In this document: one piece after another, positions 19,706-29,048 of the stretch | Layout of the letters: each line of letters opens with the position of its first letter | Position numbering within the stretch: position 1 is the stretch's first letter | DNA from: Planctomycetota bacterium | GTDB taxonomy: Bacteria; Planctomycetota; PLA2; JAEUHO01 | NCBI GenBank assembly: GCA_965222115.1 | Contig: CBDCTJ010000007.1 | Location: 2,016,001 to 2,080,000 of the forward strand | Length of the DNA stretch: 64,000 bases | Reading direction: 5' to 3' | Position numbers and translations under genes: made by a program | The notes under the pieces: model-generated | What the model saw: the letters and a program-made list of their open reading frames with translations, nothing else | Database searches by the model: none | Told to the model about the DNA's origin: nothing

Positions 19706-21550
19706 GTGACGCAACAACCACCTGCGCCCAAGTCGCAGCCCAAGCAAACCGCCACAGCAGAACCCGTCGTCAATCGACTTTCGATTCAAATGGCCACAGT
19801 CAATGGATCGGGGAGCCAGACGGCCAATCTGACGCTCTTGCGTTCATTATTCCAAATGGGCATTCCTGTATCGGGGAAGAACTTGTTCCCGAGCAACATT
19901 CAGGGACTACCAACGTGGTTCACGATTCGCGCCAACGCGGATGGCTATACCGCACGACGCAAGGAGATCGACGTCCTTGTGTGCATGAACCCCTCCACCG
20001 TGAAGGAAGACATTTTGGGCGTGCCACCGGGCGCCGCCATCGTTCATGAGCAGTCGCTCAAAGTGGATGGCATACGCGACGATGTCGATTTTTATCCGGT
20101 GCCGTTTGCTAAGATGGTGAAGGAGGTGTGCCCGGCCGTAAAGCTCCGCAAGCTCGTGGTCAACATGATCTACGTCGGTGTGTTGGCCGATCTTATTGGC
20201 ATCGAGATGACCGAAGTGGAGCGCGCGCTTGAGAAAGCGTTTGCGAAGAAGCCCAAAGCACTTGGCGTCAATGTCGATGCTGTACGTGCAGGCAAGGCGT
20301 GGGCAGAAGAGCATATCGAGCGTCGCCCGCGCTTTCGCGTGGAACGCATGGATAAGACCAAGGGGCTGATCCTGGTCGAAGGCAATGCCGCTACTGCAAT
20401 CGGCGCACTCTTTGGTGGCGTCATGTTTGCCGCGTGGTATCCGATTACGCCGTCCAGTAGCGTTACCGAATCATTGATTTCCTACGCAGCAACGCATCGA
20501 GTCGATGAGAAAACGGGCAAGAGCAAGATCGCCATTGTGCAGGCCGAGGACGAACTCGCGGCGATTGGCATGGTGTGTGGTGCGGGATGGGCGGGCGCGC
20601 GCGCCATGACCAGCACTAGCGGACCCGGCGTGAGTTTGATGTCGGAGTTCATCGGCCTTTGCTACTACGCCGAGATCCCATCGGTGATTGTGAATGTGCA
20701 GCGTACGGGGCCCAGCACCGGATTGCCCACGCGCACCATGCAGGGTGACATCTTTTTCTGTGCCTATAACTCCCATGGCGACACCAAACATCCTTGCCTC
20801 TATCCCGCCGATGCCACGGAGGCCTACCAGTTTGCGGCGGAAGCCTTGGACTTGGCCGAGCGCGTGCAGAGTCTCATATTTGTAGTTTCCGATCTCGACT
20901 TGGGCATGAACCTGTGGATGTCGGAACCCTTCGAGTACGCCGAGAAACCCTTGGACCGTGGCAAGGTACTCGATGAAGAAGATCTGAAGAAGGTCGAAGA
21001 CTGGGGTCGCTACAAAGACGTTGACGGCGATGGCATTCCCTACCGAACGCTTCCGGGAACGCCCGGTGGTCTTGGTGCCTACTTCACGCGGGGTTCGGGC
21101 CACGATGAATACGCCAACTACACGGAGAGTGGCGAAGTCTACGTTCGAAATCTCGACCGCTTGACGCGCAAGATGGAGACCGCGGCACGATTGGTACCTC
21201 AACCCGTGATTGATGATTGCGGTTCCTCGGTTGGGTTGATTGCATTTGGCACTAGCCATGCGGCCGTGGAAGAGTCGCGCGATCAGCTTCGTCAGGAATC
21301 GGGCATTGAAGTCAACTACCTGCGACTGCGCGCGTTCCCCTTTGCCGAGTCGATCAAGGACTGGATCTTGAAACACGACCATGTGTACGTCGTGGAACAG
21401 AATCGCGACGCACAGATGGCCAAGATGCTCACAATCGAATTCCCCGAGGTTGCGGCCAAACTTCGATCGATCCTCCACTACGACGGCATGCCACTTGATG
21501 CCCGCAGCGTGACCGATGCCGTGCTTGCCGGCGAGAAGGGTGGTGCGTAA
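19706..21550 (+). CDS. korA: 2-oxoacid:ferredoxin oxidoreductase alpha subunit
   Basis: FPSNIQGLPTW, WYPITPSSS, QAEDELAA, TSGPG, QRTGPSTGLPT; start estimated at GTG 19706. Confidence 0.9.
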   Translation: MTQQPPAPKSQPKQTATAEPVVNRLSIQMATVNGSGSQTANLTLLRSLFQMGIPVSGKNLFPSNIQGLPTWFTIRANADGYTARRKEIDVLVCMNPSTVKEDILGVPPGAAIVHEQSLKVDGIRDDVDFYPVPFAKMVKEVCPAVKLRKLVVNMIYVGVLADLIGIEMTEVERALEKAFAKKPKALGVNVDAVRAGKAWAEEHIERRPRFRVERMDKTKGLILVEGNAATAIGALFGGVMFAAWYPITPSSSVTESLISYAATHRVDEKTGKSKIAIVQAEDELAAIGMVCGAGWAGARAMTSTSGPGVSLMSEFIGLCYYAEIPSVIVNVQRTGPSTGLPTRTMQGDIFFCAYNSHGDTKHPCLYPADATEAYQFAAEALDLAERVQSLIFVVSDLDLGMNLWMSEPFEYAEKPLDRGKVLDEEDLKKVEDWGRYKDVDGDGIPYRTLPGTPGGLGAYFTRGSGHDEYANYTESGEVYVRNLDRLTRKMETAARLVPQPVIDDCGSSVGLIAFGTSHAAVEESRDQLRQESGIEVNYLRLRAFPFAESIKDWILKHDHVYVVEQNRDAQMAKMLTIEFPEVAAKLRSILHYDGMPLDARSVTDAVLAGEKGGA

Positions 21551-22575
21551 TGGCCAAGACGAATCGACTCGGACTTGAACAAAAGGTCTACAAGGGTTCA
21601 CCCTCGACGCTCTGCAAGGGCTGCGGCCACGATGTGGTCACCAACACCATTGTGGCGGCGTTCTGGGAAATGGGCGTTGAGCCCCACATGGTGTCGAAAA
21701 TGTCGGGCATTGGCTGCTCGTCAAAGACGCCCACGTACTTCTTGAATGGTGCATGGGGATTCAATTCGGTCCACGGGCGCATGCCGTCGGTGGCCACCGG
21801 CGCGGCGCTTGCCAATCGCAAGTTGATCTCCATTGGAATCAGCGGCGACGGTGATACGGCGTCTATCGGCATTGGGCAGTTCATCCACATGATCCGCCGC
21901 AATGTGCCGCTCATGTACATCGTCGAGAACAACGGCGTATACGGCTTGACCAAGGGGCAGTTCTCGGCCACGGCGGACGAGGGCAGCAAGTCGAAGGGTG
22001 GGGCGGTCAACGAGCTCCCGGCGATTGATCTGTGTACGATGGCGATTGAACTTGGATGTGGCTTCGTGGCGCGCTCCTTCTCGGCCGACCGCAAGCAACT
22101 CCTGCAAATTTTGAAGGCCGCAATCGCCTACGAAGGCACCGCGATGATCGACGTGATGAGTCCGTGTGTGACGTTCAATGACCACGCGGGATCAACCAAG
22201 TCTTATGACTGGGGCCGCGAGCACGAGGGCCCGGTCCATGAGCTTGGCTTCGTTCCCGCGTGGGAAACGCCGTCGACCGAGTTCAAAGACGGCGAGTCGA
22301 TCGAAGTGCCCATGCCCGACGGCGGATCGATTTTCGTGCGCCGTTTGGAAGACGATCGCCATGACCCGCGTGACAAAAAGGCCGCCCTCGACCTGTTGCG
22401 CCGCGACTATGAAAACGAGGACGAGTTCCTCACCGGGCTCTTCTATGCCGCGCCCGAGAAGCCATCCATCTTCTCCGCGCTCAACATTCCCGATGAACCG
22501 CTCTGCCACATGGACGCCAGCGACCTGCGCCCACCCAAGTCCGCCCTCGACGCCATCAACGACAGCCTTCGCTAG
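21550..22575 (+). CDS. korB: 2-oxoacid:ferredoxin oxidoreductase beta subunit
   Basis: LCKGCGH, SGIGCSS, HGR, GDGD TPP motif, YGLTKGQ, SPCVTFN; 1-nt overlap with the alpha gene. Confidence 0.92.
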   Translation: MAKTNRLGLEQKVYKGSPSTLCKGCGHDVVTNTIVAAFWEMGVEPHMVSKMSGIGCSSKTPTYFLNGAWGFNSVHGRMPSVATGAALANRKLISIGISGDGDTASIGIGQFIHMIRRNVPLMYIVENNGVYGLTKGQFSATADEGSKSKGGAVNELPAIDLCTMAIELGCGFVARSFSADRKQLLQILKAAIAYEGTAMIDVMSPCVTFNDHAGSTKSYDWGREHEGPVHELGFVPAWETPSTEFKDGESIEVPMPDGGSIFVRRLEDDRHDPRDKKAALDLLRRDYENEDEFLTGLFYAAPEKPSIFSALNIPDEPLCHMDASDLRPPKSALDAINDSLR

Positions 22576-22577
22576 TC

Positions 22578-22610
22578 GTGCGCCGAAACTACCAGGTATC
22601 TCTGGCGCAC
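22578..22610. repeat. 33-bp imperfect palindrome, copy 1
   Basis: GTGCGCC-GAAAC-TACCAGGTA-TCTCT-GGCGCAC. Confidence 0.85.
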
Positions 22611-22640
22611 GCGCCTTGTCGGATGTGAGAGGCGTTGCGC

Positions 22641-23405
22641 ATGGATATGTGGCGCTACTACGAGATTACGCACGGGCGTCATGACGTCATGAATCCATCG
22701 TCGCCTGAGCGACTTGATGAGATGGGCCGCATGCTTCGACTGCAGCCTGGGCAGCGCATGGTGGATGTGGGATGCGGGCACGGCGAGCTGCTACTGCGGT
22801 GGCATAGGAACCACGGTATTTCTGGCATAGGAATCGATGCTTCCCCGTATCACGCAAAACGCGCAACGGAGCGGGTCGAGAAAGCGGGAGCGACAGACGC
22901 GATCCAGATCCTTCATCAGAAGGGCGAAGCGTTTGAATCCGACGAGACGTTTGACATCGCCGCATGCCTAGGGGCGTCGTGGATATATGGGGGGCATGGA
23001 GGAACACTCGACGCGCTGCGTCGTACCTGCAAACCAGGCGGGTTGATTGTTGTGGGGGAGCCGTACTGGATCGAAGAACCGCCGCAGGCCTATCTGGATG
23101 CTGAGGACTTAACGCGTGACCAGTTCACTGACTTGGTGGGATGTTATGACGCCGCAACGAAGCGTGGTCTTGAGCTCGTGTGGATGACACGCTCCAGTTC
23201 ACGGGACTGGGATCGATACGAGATGTTGCAATGCGCAGCGCTCGACGAGTACGCCGCCACACACCCCGACGACCCTGATCTCGACGACCCTGATCTCGAC
23301 GAAATTCGGCGCACGCGACACAAGTACAACGAGAGTTACTTTCGTTGGGGCCACGCGTGCCTCGGCTGGGCACTCTGGGCATTCCGCACACCTACGAGCG
23401 TGTGA
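22641..23405 (+). CDS. Class I SAM-dependent methyltransferase
   Basis: VDVGCGHG motif I, GIDAS, FDIAACLGASW, KPGG.IVVGEPYW. Confidence 0.88.
   Translation: MDMWRYYEITHGRHDVMNPSSPERLDEMGRMLRLQPGQRMVDVGCGHGELLLRWHRNHGISGIGIDASPYHAKRATERVEKAGATDAIQILHQKGEAFESDETFDIAACLGASWIYGGHGGTLDALRRTCKPGGLIVVGEPYWIEEPPQAYLDAEDLTRDQFTDLVGCYDAATKRGLELVWMTRSSSRDWDRYEMLQCAALDEYAATHPDDPDLDDPDLDEIRRTRHKYNESYFRWGHACLGWALWAFRTPTSV
23268..23302 (+). repeat. Perfect 15-bp tandem duplication in frame (DDPDL x2)
   Basis: GACGACCCTGATCTC x2 plus GACGA. Confidence 0.9.
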
Positions 23406-23476
23406 GCCAAAAATACCAGGTAAATCTGGCGCATAGGGACGCGGTGCGCCACAAATACCAGGTATTTTTGGCGCGT
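23402..23476. repeat. 33-bp imperfect palindrome, copies 2 and 3 (42-bp period)
   Basis: GTGAGCC-AAAAA-TACCAGGTA-AATCT-GGCGCAT (23402-23434) and GTGCGCC-ACAAA-TACCAGGTA-TTTTT-GGCGCGT (23444-23476). Confidence 0.85.
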
Positions 23477-23477
23477 C

Positions 23478-24242
23478 TTAGGGGGCGAAGTCGGTGGGCG
23501 GGGCGGTGCGGCCTGCGCGGGCGGCGCGGCGGAGGAGCCAGATGAGGAGTATGCCGAGGACGAGGATGCCGGCGGCTTTGAAGTACCACGGGGTGGTCTC
23601 GAGCGCCTTGCCGACCCAGTCGCCAAACATGGCGTAAAGCGTGCACACGATGACGCCGGAGATGGCCACGATCAAGAAGGTCGAGAAGCGGCGCATGCCA
23701 AGCAAGTGACCAATGATACTGCCACCCAACGCTCCCGATCCTGGCAGGGGGCTCACGACAAAGAAGCCCACGCCTAACGCGGAGAGCCTGCGGATCCATG
23801 GACGTTGGCGAAGCGTGGATGCGGCTTGGGCGCGTACGTTTCGCAGCCACGGGCCGACGCCAGGTAGCCGTTGCGCGAGGTCGAGGTTGTAGGTGTACCA
23901 AAACGCACTCGCCGCATTGACCCACATCACCGTGTAGGCAAGGTCCCAGGTGCCCAAGTGAATCGAATCAATCCACTCCGCAGGAATGAACGGCAATTGC
24001 TGCATGACGACTTTGCCGAGCACCACGCTGGTGCCGAGGAACAGCAGGCTAGCCAGCCCAGCAATCATGATTTGCGACGTGTAGTCCCAGCCGCGCAGCA
24101 GATAGATCACCAGCAGAACCATCGCAGTGAGCACAATGGGCGCAAGCAGCAGCACCAACCGCCGCACAAGCCGACGATTCCATTCCATGAGGCGCTCAAA
24201 CCAGGAAGCCCGGTCCGCGTGCGCGTGTTGAGCCCCGGTCAT
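23478..24242 (-). CDS. Putative small multi-drug export family membrane protein
   Basis: Multiple TM helices; FVVSPLPGSGALGG motif; GGAGG RBS. Confidence 0.7.
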   Translation of the reverse strand: MTGAQHAHADRASWFERLMEWNRRLVRRLVLLLAPIVLTAMVLLVIYLLRGWDYTSQIMIAGLASLLFLGTSVVLGKVVMQQLPFIPAEWIDSIHLGTWDLAYTVMWVNAASAFWYTYNLDLAQRLPGVGPWLRNVRAQAASTLRQRPWIRRLSALGVGFFVVSPLPGSGALGGSIIGHLLGMRRFSTFLIVAISGVIVCTLYAMFGDWVGKALETTPWYFKAAGILVLGILLIWLLRRAARAGRTAPPTDFAP

Positions 24243-24326
24243 TGTTGCTGGCCGCCTCCTTGGATGTCTGCGGTGGTTCCTTGAGCGCGCGATTGTACGT
24301 GGTTGGGCGCCCCGGGAAGAACACGA

Positions 24327-26876
24327 TTACCGGTTGATGCGTACAATCTCCGAGACGGATCCGTCGCTGTAGGTGAGCCGGACGGTCGCATACGTCGTAG
24401 CCGCCGGGACCGTGAGATAGAGCGTGGCCTTGGTGGGGTCGATCGCCATGGGATTCTTGGGATCGACGGGGGGAATAGGGAAGTCCTGGCTCGGGTCCCC
24501 GTTGAGGCCGTACTCGATGCGTTTGAGCGACGCGCGATAGCTCATCAGCATCGAAAAATAGAGCAACACCCTGCCATCATAGTCTCGAAACATAAGCCAT
24601 GAGTTCTTCATGGATTCGAGAATGTTCTTTTGATTTTTGAGCTGGTGTGCCTGTGGATTGAAACGGATCGCAAAAGGCCCTCGCTCACGATCGCGCGCAT
24701 CGACATACTTGACGTACAGCGTAGTGGCTTTCGTGTCCATAGGTAGCGAGATGAGTAGGTTGGGCTGCGGTTTTCCGGTGCGCGCGTCAGGCGTATTCGA
24801 AAGGCCCGTTACCTTGTATGGGCCGTCTTTCGTGCCCTGGCGCCAGGACATCGTCTTGGCCAACTCTGAGATAACAAAGTACACCGACCACCCCGCGTTA
24901 CTCTGGGTCGTGGTGATCGAAACCGGGGATTCGAACAACGTGGCAGGTATTGCGCGCAACGTCGCGAGGCGAACCTGTGCATCTTGTATGTGTTTCGCTG
25001 CCTCGCTCTGATCCAAGTAGTGTTTCAGGAAGGCGCCTTCATCGCGAAGTTTGAAGAAGTTTTCCAGGTACTCCTTTTCTTTGCCCTTTTCCCACAGCGT
25101 CTGCGAGCCGAGGCGCGCCGCCGAATATTCCCTACTGAGTTCGTATTGTGCAGGTGCAAATGTGGGGTGCTTGGCCGCGTAGTCTTCGAGTGCCTTCGTC
25201 CTTCCTTCCGCAGGCAACAAAAGCATCCACGCAAACTCGGTAACCGGGTTCTTCGATACGTCTTTCATGGCGGAATACACTTCGCGCGCTCCCGCCGGTC
25301 CCTGCTGCACTTTCAGTAAGCTCTGATACTTCAAGTGCGGGTCCACGAATCCGAGGTCCGGAAACGTAAAAAACTTGCGATACGACTCCATGGCTTTCAC
25401 CGTGTCACCTCGACTCTGATACACACGCGCGTTGTGATAGTGAGCCGACGGTCGGTTAGCGTCCGCAATGACGCCGCCTTCTTTGAGCAGTGCCGCAAAG
25501 CCGGTTTTTAGTTCGTCGAGCGATTCCGCCACGCGCTCGCTGGTCTTGGCGGCCGATTCGGCGGCAGTCTTCGCAGCATCCGCAGCCGCCTTGGTCTCAT
25601 CGCTCGCCGCTTTCATCGTTTCTGCAGCATCGGCAACGCCTTTGCGAGTTTCCTCGGCCGCCTTCTCCACACGATCGGCGGTTTCTCTGCTGGTGGTGGC
25701 GGCGTCGGCTGCGGCCTTGCGTGCTTCCTCGGCCTTGTCTCGTGTCTCATTCGTGGCGACTTCCGTACGCTCACTCGCTTTGCGCGCATCCTCGGCACTC
25801 TTCTTCGTTTCGTCGCCCTTGATAAATAGGAAGTACGACACGCCCAGCAACGCCAAGATGCCCGCTGCAATGCCCCACAGCTTTGCGTCCATGCCTTTGG
25901 TTCGCGCTGCGACAGTCTTTGTGTCTTCAGCGATGCCGTCGAGTCGTCCTTCAACCGACGAGCGAAACGCGGCGATGTCATCGCGCACTTCTTGCACATC
26001 CTCGCGCAAGTTCCCGATGTATTCCTCCAAGATATCGTCGCTTACATCGAGGTAGGTGGAGGGATCCACCTTCACGTCGCCTTGATCATGAGCCGTCTGA
26101 ACCGGGCCGACGATTTCCTCGTAGTAGAGATCCATCAGTGACAGTTGGGTGGGCGTAACCTGCTTGTTGTGCGCCATGGTATTTCGAATGCGTCGCACGT
26201 CGTCCAAGAAGTAGCGAATCGTCTTTCTTCGTTCTTTCAGAAGGGTCAAGAACGGCGTGTCTTCATAAATCGGTTCGTAGCGTTCAAACTCCTCTTTATT
26301 GACAAAAAGCGAAGCTAGATCACTAAACGAAAGTCCGCTCAAAATGTCATTTGGATCGGCCTGCTGGATACAACGCTCGGCAGCTTTGCTGCTCAGTGCC
26401 TCACGAAGTCGATCCGTGAGTTGGTCTTGGTCGTTGTAGCTATCGGTAATGAGCGAGCGCACAATGAGCTCGAGCGCGCGCACCTTCTTTTGGCCAAGAT
26501 TTTCCGAGATCAATGCATCAATCGACGCGTCCACAAATTGCTTGGAAGAAGCCCGTTCTGCAGTTTCCAGCCAAGACAACAGTCGAAATCGAGCCAGCCG
26601 TCGATTCCGTGCCGACGCCGCGGTCCCCTTGCCTTCGTGGGCCATTTCCGTGCGCTCGGCATCGCGCATCGCGGTCTCCAGGCCCTTCACTTCGTGCTCG
26701 TTCAAATTTAGCGCGTCCGCCGGTTTCGCGGTTCCGGATTCTCCCTTGGTGCGAAAGTAGCCACGTACCGCATCCGGAATACTCGACGCCACCACGGCCA
26801 TTTCTGGGGCGAGCGCAATCGTGAGTCGGTGAATGGCCTTGACGATGAGCGGCTCGATCGTTTCAGAGGAAGACAT
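24327..26876 (-). CDS. HEPN (STY4199-like) domain protein with TM helix, coiled-coil stalk and extracytoplasmic TPR-like/beta domains
   Basis: R-x4-H motif RNTMAH (26169-26186) in context FLDDVRRIRN; TM LWGIAAGILALLGVSYFLFI; Ala/Glu/Lys/Thr-rich stalk; ATG 26876 with GGAGA RBS. Confidence 0.72.
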   Translation of the reverse strand: MSSSETIEPLIVKAIHRLTIALAPEMAVVASSIPDAVRGYFRTKGESGTAKPADALNLNEHEVKGLETAMRDAERTEMAHEGKGTAASARNRRLARFRLLSWLETAERASSKQFVDASIDALISENLGQKKVRALELIVRSLITDSYNDQDQLTDRLREALSSKAAERCIQQADPNDILSGLSFSDLASLFVNKEEFERYEPIYEDTPFLTLLKERRKTIRYFLDDVRRIRNTMAHNKQVTPTQLSLMDLYYEEIVGPVQTAHDQGDVKVDPSTYLDVSDDILEEYIGNLREDVQEVRDDIAAFRSSVEGRLDGIAEDTKTVAARTKGMDAKLWGIAAGILALLGVSYFLFIKGDETKKSAEDARKASERTEVATNETRDKAEEARKAAADAATTSRETADRVEKAAEETRKGVADAAETMKAASDETKAAADAAKTAAESAAKTSERVAESLDELKTGFAALLKEGGVIADANRPSAHYHNARVYQSRGDTVKAMESYRKFFTFPDLGFVDPHLKYQSLLKVQQGPAGAREVYSAMKDVSKNPVTEFAWMLLLPAEGRTKALEDYAAKHPTFAPAQYELSREYSAARLGSQTLWEKGKEKEYLENFFKLRDEGAFLKHYLDQSEAAKHIQDAQVRLATLRAIPATLFESPVSITTTQSNAGWSVYFVISELAKTMSWRQGTKDGPYKVTGLSNTPDARTGKPQPNLLISLPMDTKATTLYVKYVDARDRERGPFAIRFNPQAHQLKNQKNILESMKNSWLMFRDYDGRVLLYFSMLMSYRASLKRIEYGLNGDPSQDFPIPPVDPKNPMAIDPTKATLYLTVPAATTYATVRLTYSDGSVSEIVRINR

Positions 26877-26878
26877 CG

Positions 26879-28870
26879 TTATTTCTCCGTGAGTGCGATT
26901 GCGCCATCCCAAGAATCGGAAGGCGGATCGTCTCGATAGGCTCCGGCTGCCTGTGCGTGGAGAGTGTACCCCTTTTCACCGGGCTGACCACGCCGTTCGA
27001 ATGCAAGGGCTTGAAAGCGCTCTTCGGCCCTCTCGAACGCCCCTGAATAGAAATCACGAAACGCGTCGTCCGCTCGCAATGCCAGCGCGGTGGCATTCGT
27101 ATCGTCGGCAACAAAGAACACTTCGATGGGTGCGTTGCGTCCAACGGCCCGGTACTTGCCCAAGGGGACGAGCTGGCTACGAAGCGGCTCACCTGTTGCA
27201 CGCGCGACTTCATTCGTAACAAGAATCGGCGCGCCCAGCGCTTTGGTCATGCCCTCAAGCCGCGATGCAGTGTTTACCACATCGCCCAACACGGTATACG
27301 AGCGGCGCTGTGGTGAACCCACGAGTCCGGCAATCACGTTGCCCGTGTGCACGCCAATGCCCGACCGGAACGGCCCCACGCCATCGGTCAAGAACCGATT
27401 GAAACGTCGCAGTTCTTCTTGCATAAACATTGCGGCGTGCAAAGCGCGATCGGCGTGGTGCATCGCGTCGTCACTTGCAGGAAAGAACGCCATCACGGCA
27501 TCGCCGATGAACTTATCCACCCGCCCTCTGTAGTACTCGACGCAGCGCGTCATACAACCGAAGTAGCGATTGAGTGTTGACACCAGCCGCTCGGCTGGCA
27601 AGCGTTCCGTAATCGTTGTAAATCCGCGCAGGTCGCAAAAGAGCACGGCCGCCTCTTCGCTGTGACCTTGAAACCCGTCTTGTCCGCCCTCCGTGAGCAG
27701 GCGTGCAATTTCCGCATGACCCACAAATCGACCGCTGCTATGTAGCATCCATGCATGCCGGTCAAAGGCTTTGAGCTTCTCATCGAGCCGCTTGCGCATT
27801 TCGTCGGCCGATGTCGCATCCAGTTCACGCAGCGCTTCGCGGATCAAGTCGGCTGCCAAACGTGCATCACCCGCGCGCATTGCCACATCGGCATTCGCCG
27901 CCAAGAGCGTCGCGCGATCGATCGGCGTAGTTTGGATCGCACGAGCGAAATGCGCGCGCGCTGCATCGAATGCGCTCAACGCTTCATCAATCTGCCCGAC
28001 ATCGGCAAACAGCGCCGCTCGTACTTGACTCGCCATTCCGCTCACATGGGGAAGGTCTGCGACGACAGCGCGATCTAGCTCGTCAAGTGCGTCGATATGT
28101 TCTCTTGCCTCTGCCACTCGACCCACGCGCTGCTCAAGGATGGCCAAGTGCACACGTGCAAACGCTTGCGATACCTCATCGCCTGTCGACTCCGCCAGAT
28201 GTTGGGACGCCGTCAACGCGTCGCGCGCGACATCGTGTTCGTGGCACTCGTAGTTGGCTACACCGATTTGTGTAAGGAGCGTGCACTTCAGTGATGTTGC
28301 GTCTGGCGCATGCTCAGCGACATGACGGTAGTCGTCTTCCAAATGCTGAATCGCGGCAGGGAAATCGCCAACCGCCATACACAACCGCCCCAGGTTCCCT
28401 TGCGTTAGCGCGATCCCGTGGATGTCACCCACGCGCCCCTTGGTTGCGAGTGCACGTTCAAAGGCGCGGCGCGCATCGTGAAGTAGCCCTTGGTGATGGA
28501 GGAGTTGGCCCATAGTGTCAAGCACGCGTCCCGCGTAGGCATCGGCGTATTCGGTTTCGTCCTGATCCAAGAGTTCCATACTGCGATTCAAAAACGTTGA
28601 AGCCGACAACACATTGTTTCCAGCGCGCCACGCCGCGGTTGCGCGCAGATGCATGACGACGCCGCGTGCGAACGGTGTTGACACAGCACCCGCACGTTCC
28701 GCGTCATCAAGGAAAGGCAGCAACACGGTTGTGGCGAGGATTGGATCACTGGCGATGGCGAGTGCGGCGCGAATCCGTTCGTCGAGCGATGCGACCAGCG
28801 GATCGTTGGCGTTTGTGAGTCGTTCGCAGACGCGGACGCGCGTCCGAGCGTCGATGCCAAGTTCCGTCAT
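26879..28870 (-). CDS. TPR-repeat class III adenylate cyclase
   Basis: LFCDLRGFT, DKFIGDAVMA, GIGVHTG, YTVLGDVVNTASRLE (Lys/Thr specificity residues indicate ATP); N-terminal TPRs; start uncertain (28870-28954). Confidence 0.88.
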   Translation of the reverse strand: MTELGIDARTRVRVCERLTNANDPLVASLDERIRAALAIASDPILATTVLLPFLDDAERAGAVSTPFARGVVMHLRATAAWRAGNNVLSASTFLNRSMELLDQDETEYADAYAGRVLDTMGQLLHHQGLLHDARRAFERALATKGRVGDIHGIALTQGNLGRLCMAVGDFPAAIQHLEDDYRHVAEHAPDATSLKCTLLTQIGVANYECHEHDVARDALTASQHLAESTGDEVSQAFARVHLAILEQRVGRVAEAREHIDALDELDRAVVADLPHVSGMASQVRAALFADVGQIDEALSAFDAARAHFARAIQTTPIDRATLLAANADVAMRAGDARLAADLIREALRELDATSADEMRKRLDEKLKAFDRHAWMLHSSGRFVGHAEIARLLTEGGQDGFQGHSEEAAVLFCDLRGFTTITERLPAERLVSTLNRYFGCMTRCVEYYRGRVDKFIGDAVMAFFPASDDAMHHADRALHAAMFMQEELRRFNRFLTDGVGPFRSGIGVHTGNVIAGLVGSPQRRSYTVLGDVVNTASRLEGMTKALGAPILVTNEVARATGEPLRSQLVPLGKYRAVGRNAPIEVFFVADDTNATALALRADDAFRDFYSGAFERAEERFQALAFERRGQPGEKGYTLHAQAAGAYRDDPPSDSWDGAIALTEK

Positions 28871-29048
28871 GAGATTGTCAAGTGTCTTCACAACGCGAAG
28901 CCTAATCGTCCTAGCCGCAGTTCCGTCACATTCGTCTTGTACGCCGCGTCCCACCGCGTCCGCGAGAGGCTATTTGTCGTAGGCTAGGTGTCTGCCAACG
29001 AAGGAGAGCTCCGTGATCACCATTAGGATCGAGTCAAAGCGCGCGAAA

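Noticed and set aside
20471-21601. Long antisense ORFs (also 11956..12741, 35062..36132, 36412..37539, 51732..52601, 54412..55305, 56548..57567)
   Set aside because: Shadow ORFs opposite well-supported genes, expected in high-GC DNA; no motifs
22578-23476. CRISPR array or integron attC sites
   Set aside because: Only three copies, with 9-bp and ~790-bp spacing; no cas or intI gene; no RYYYAAC/GTTRRRY ends
26879-28870. Canonical Pycsar PycC
   Set aside because: Substrate-specifying residues are adenylate-type, the N-terminus is TPR, and the partner is not PycTIR/PycTM
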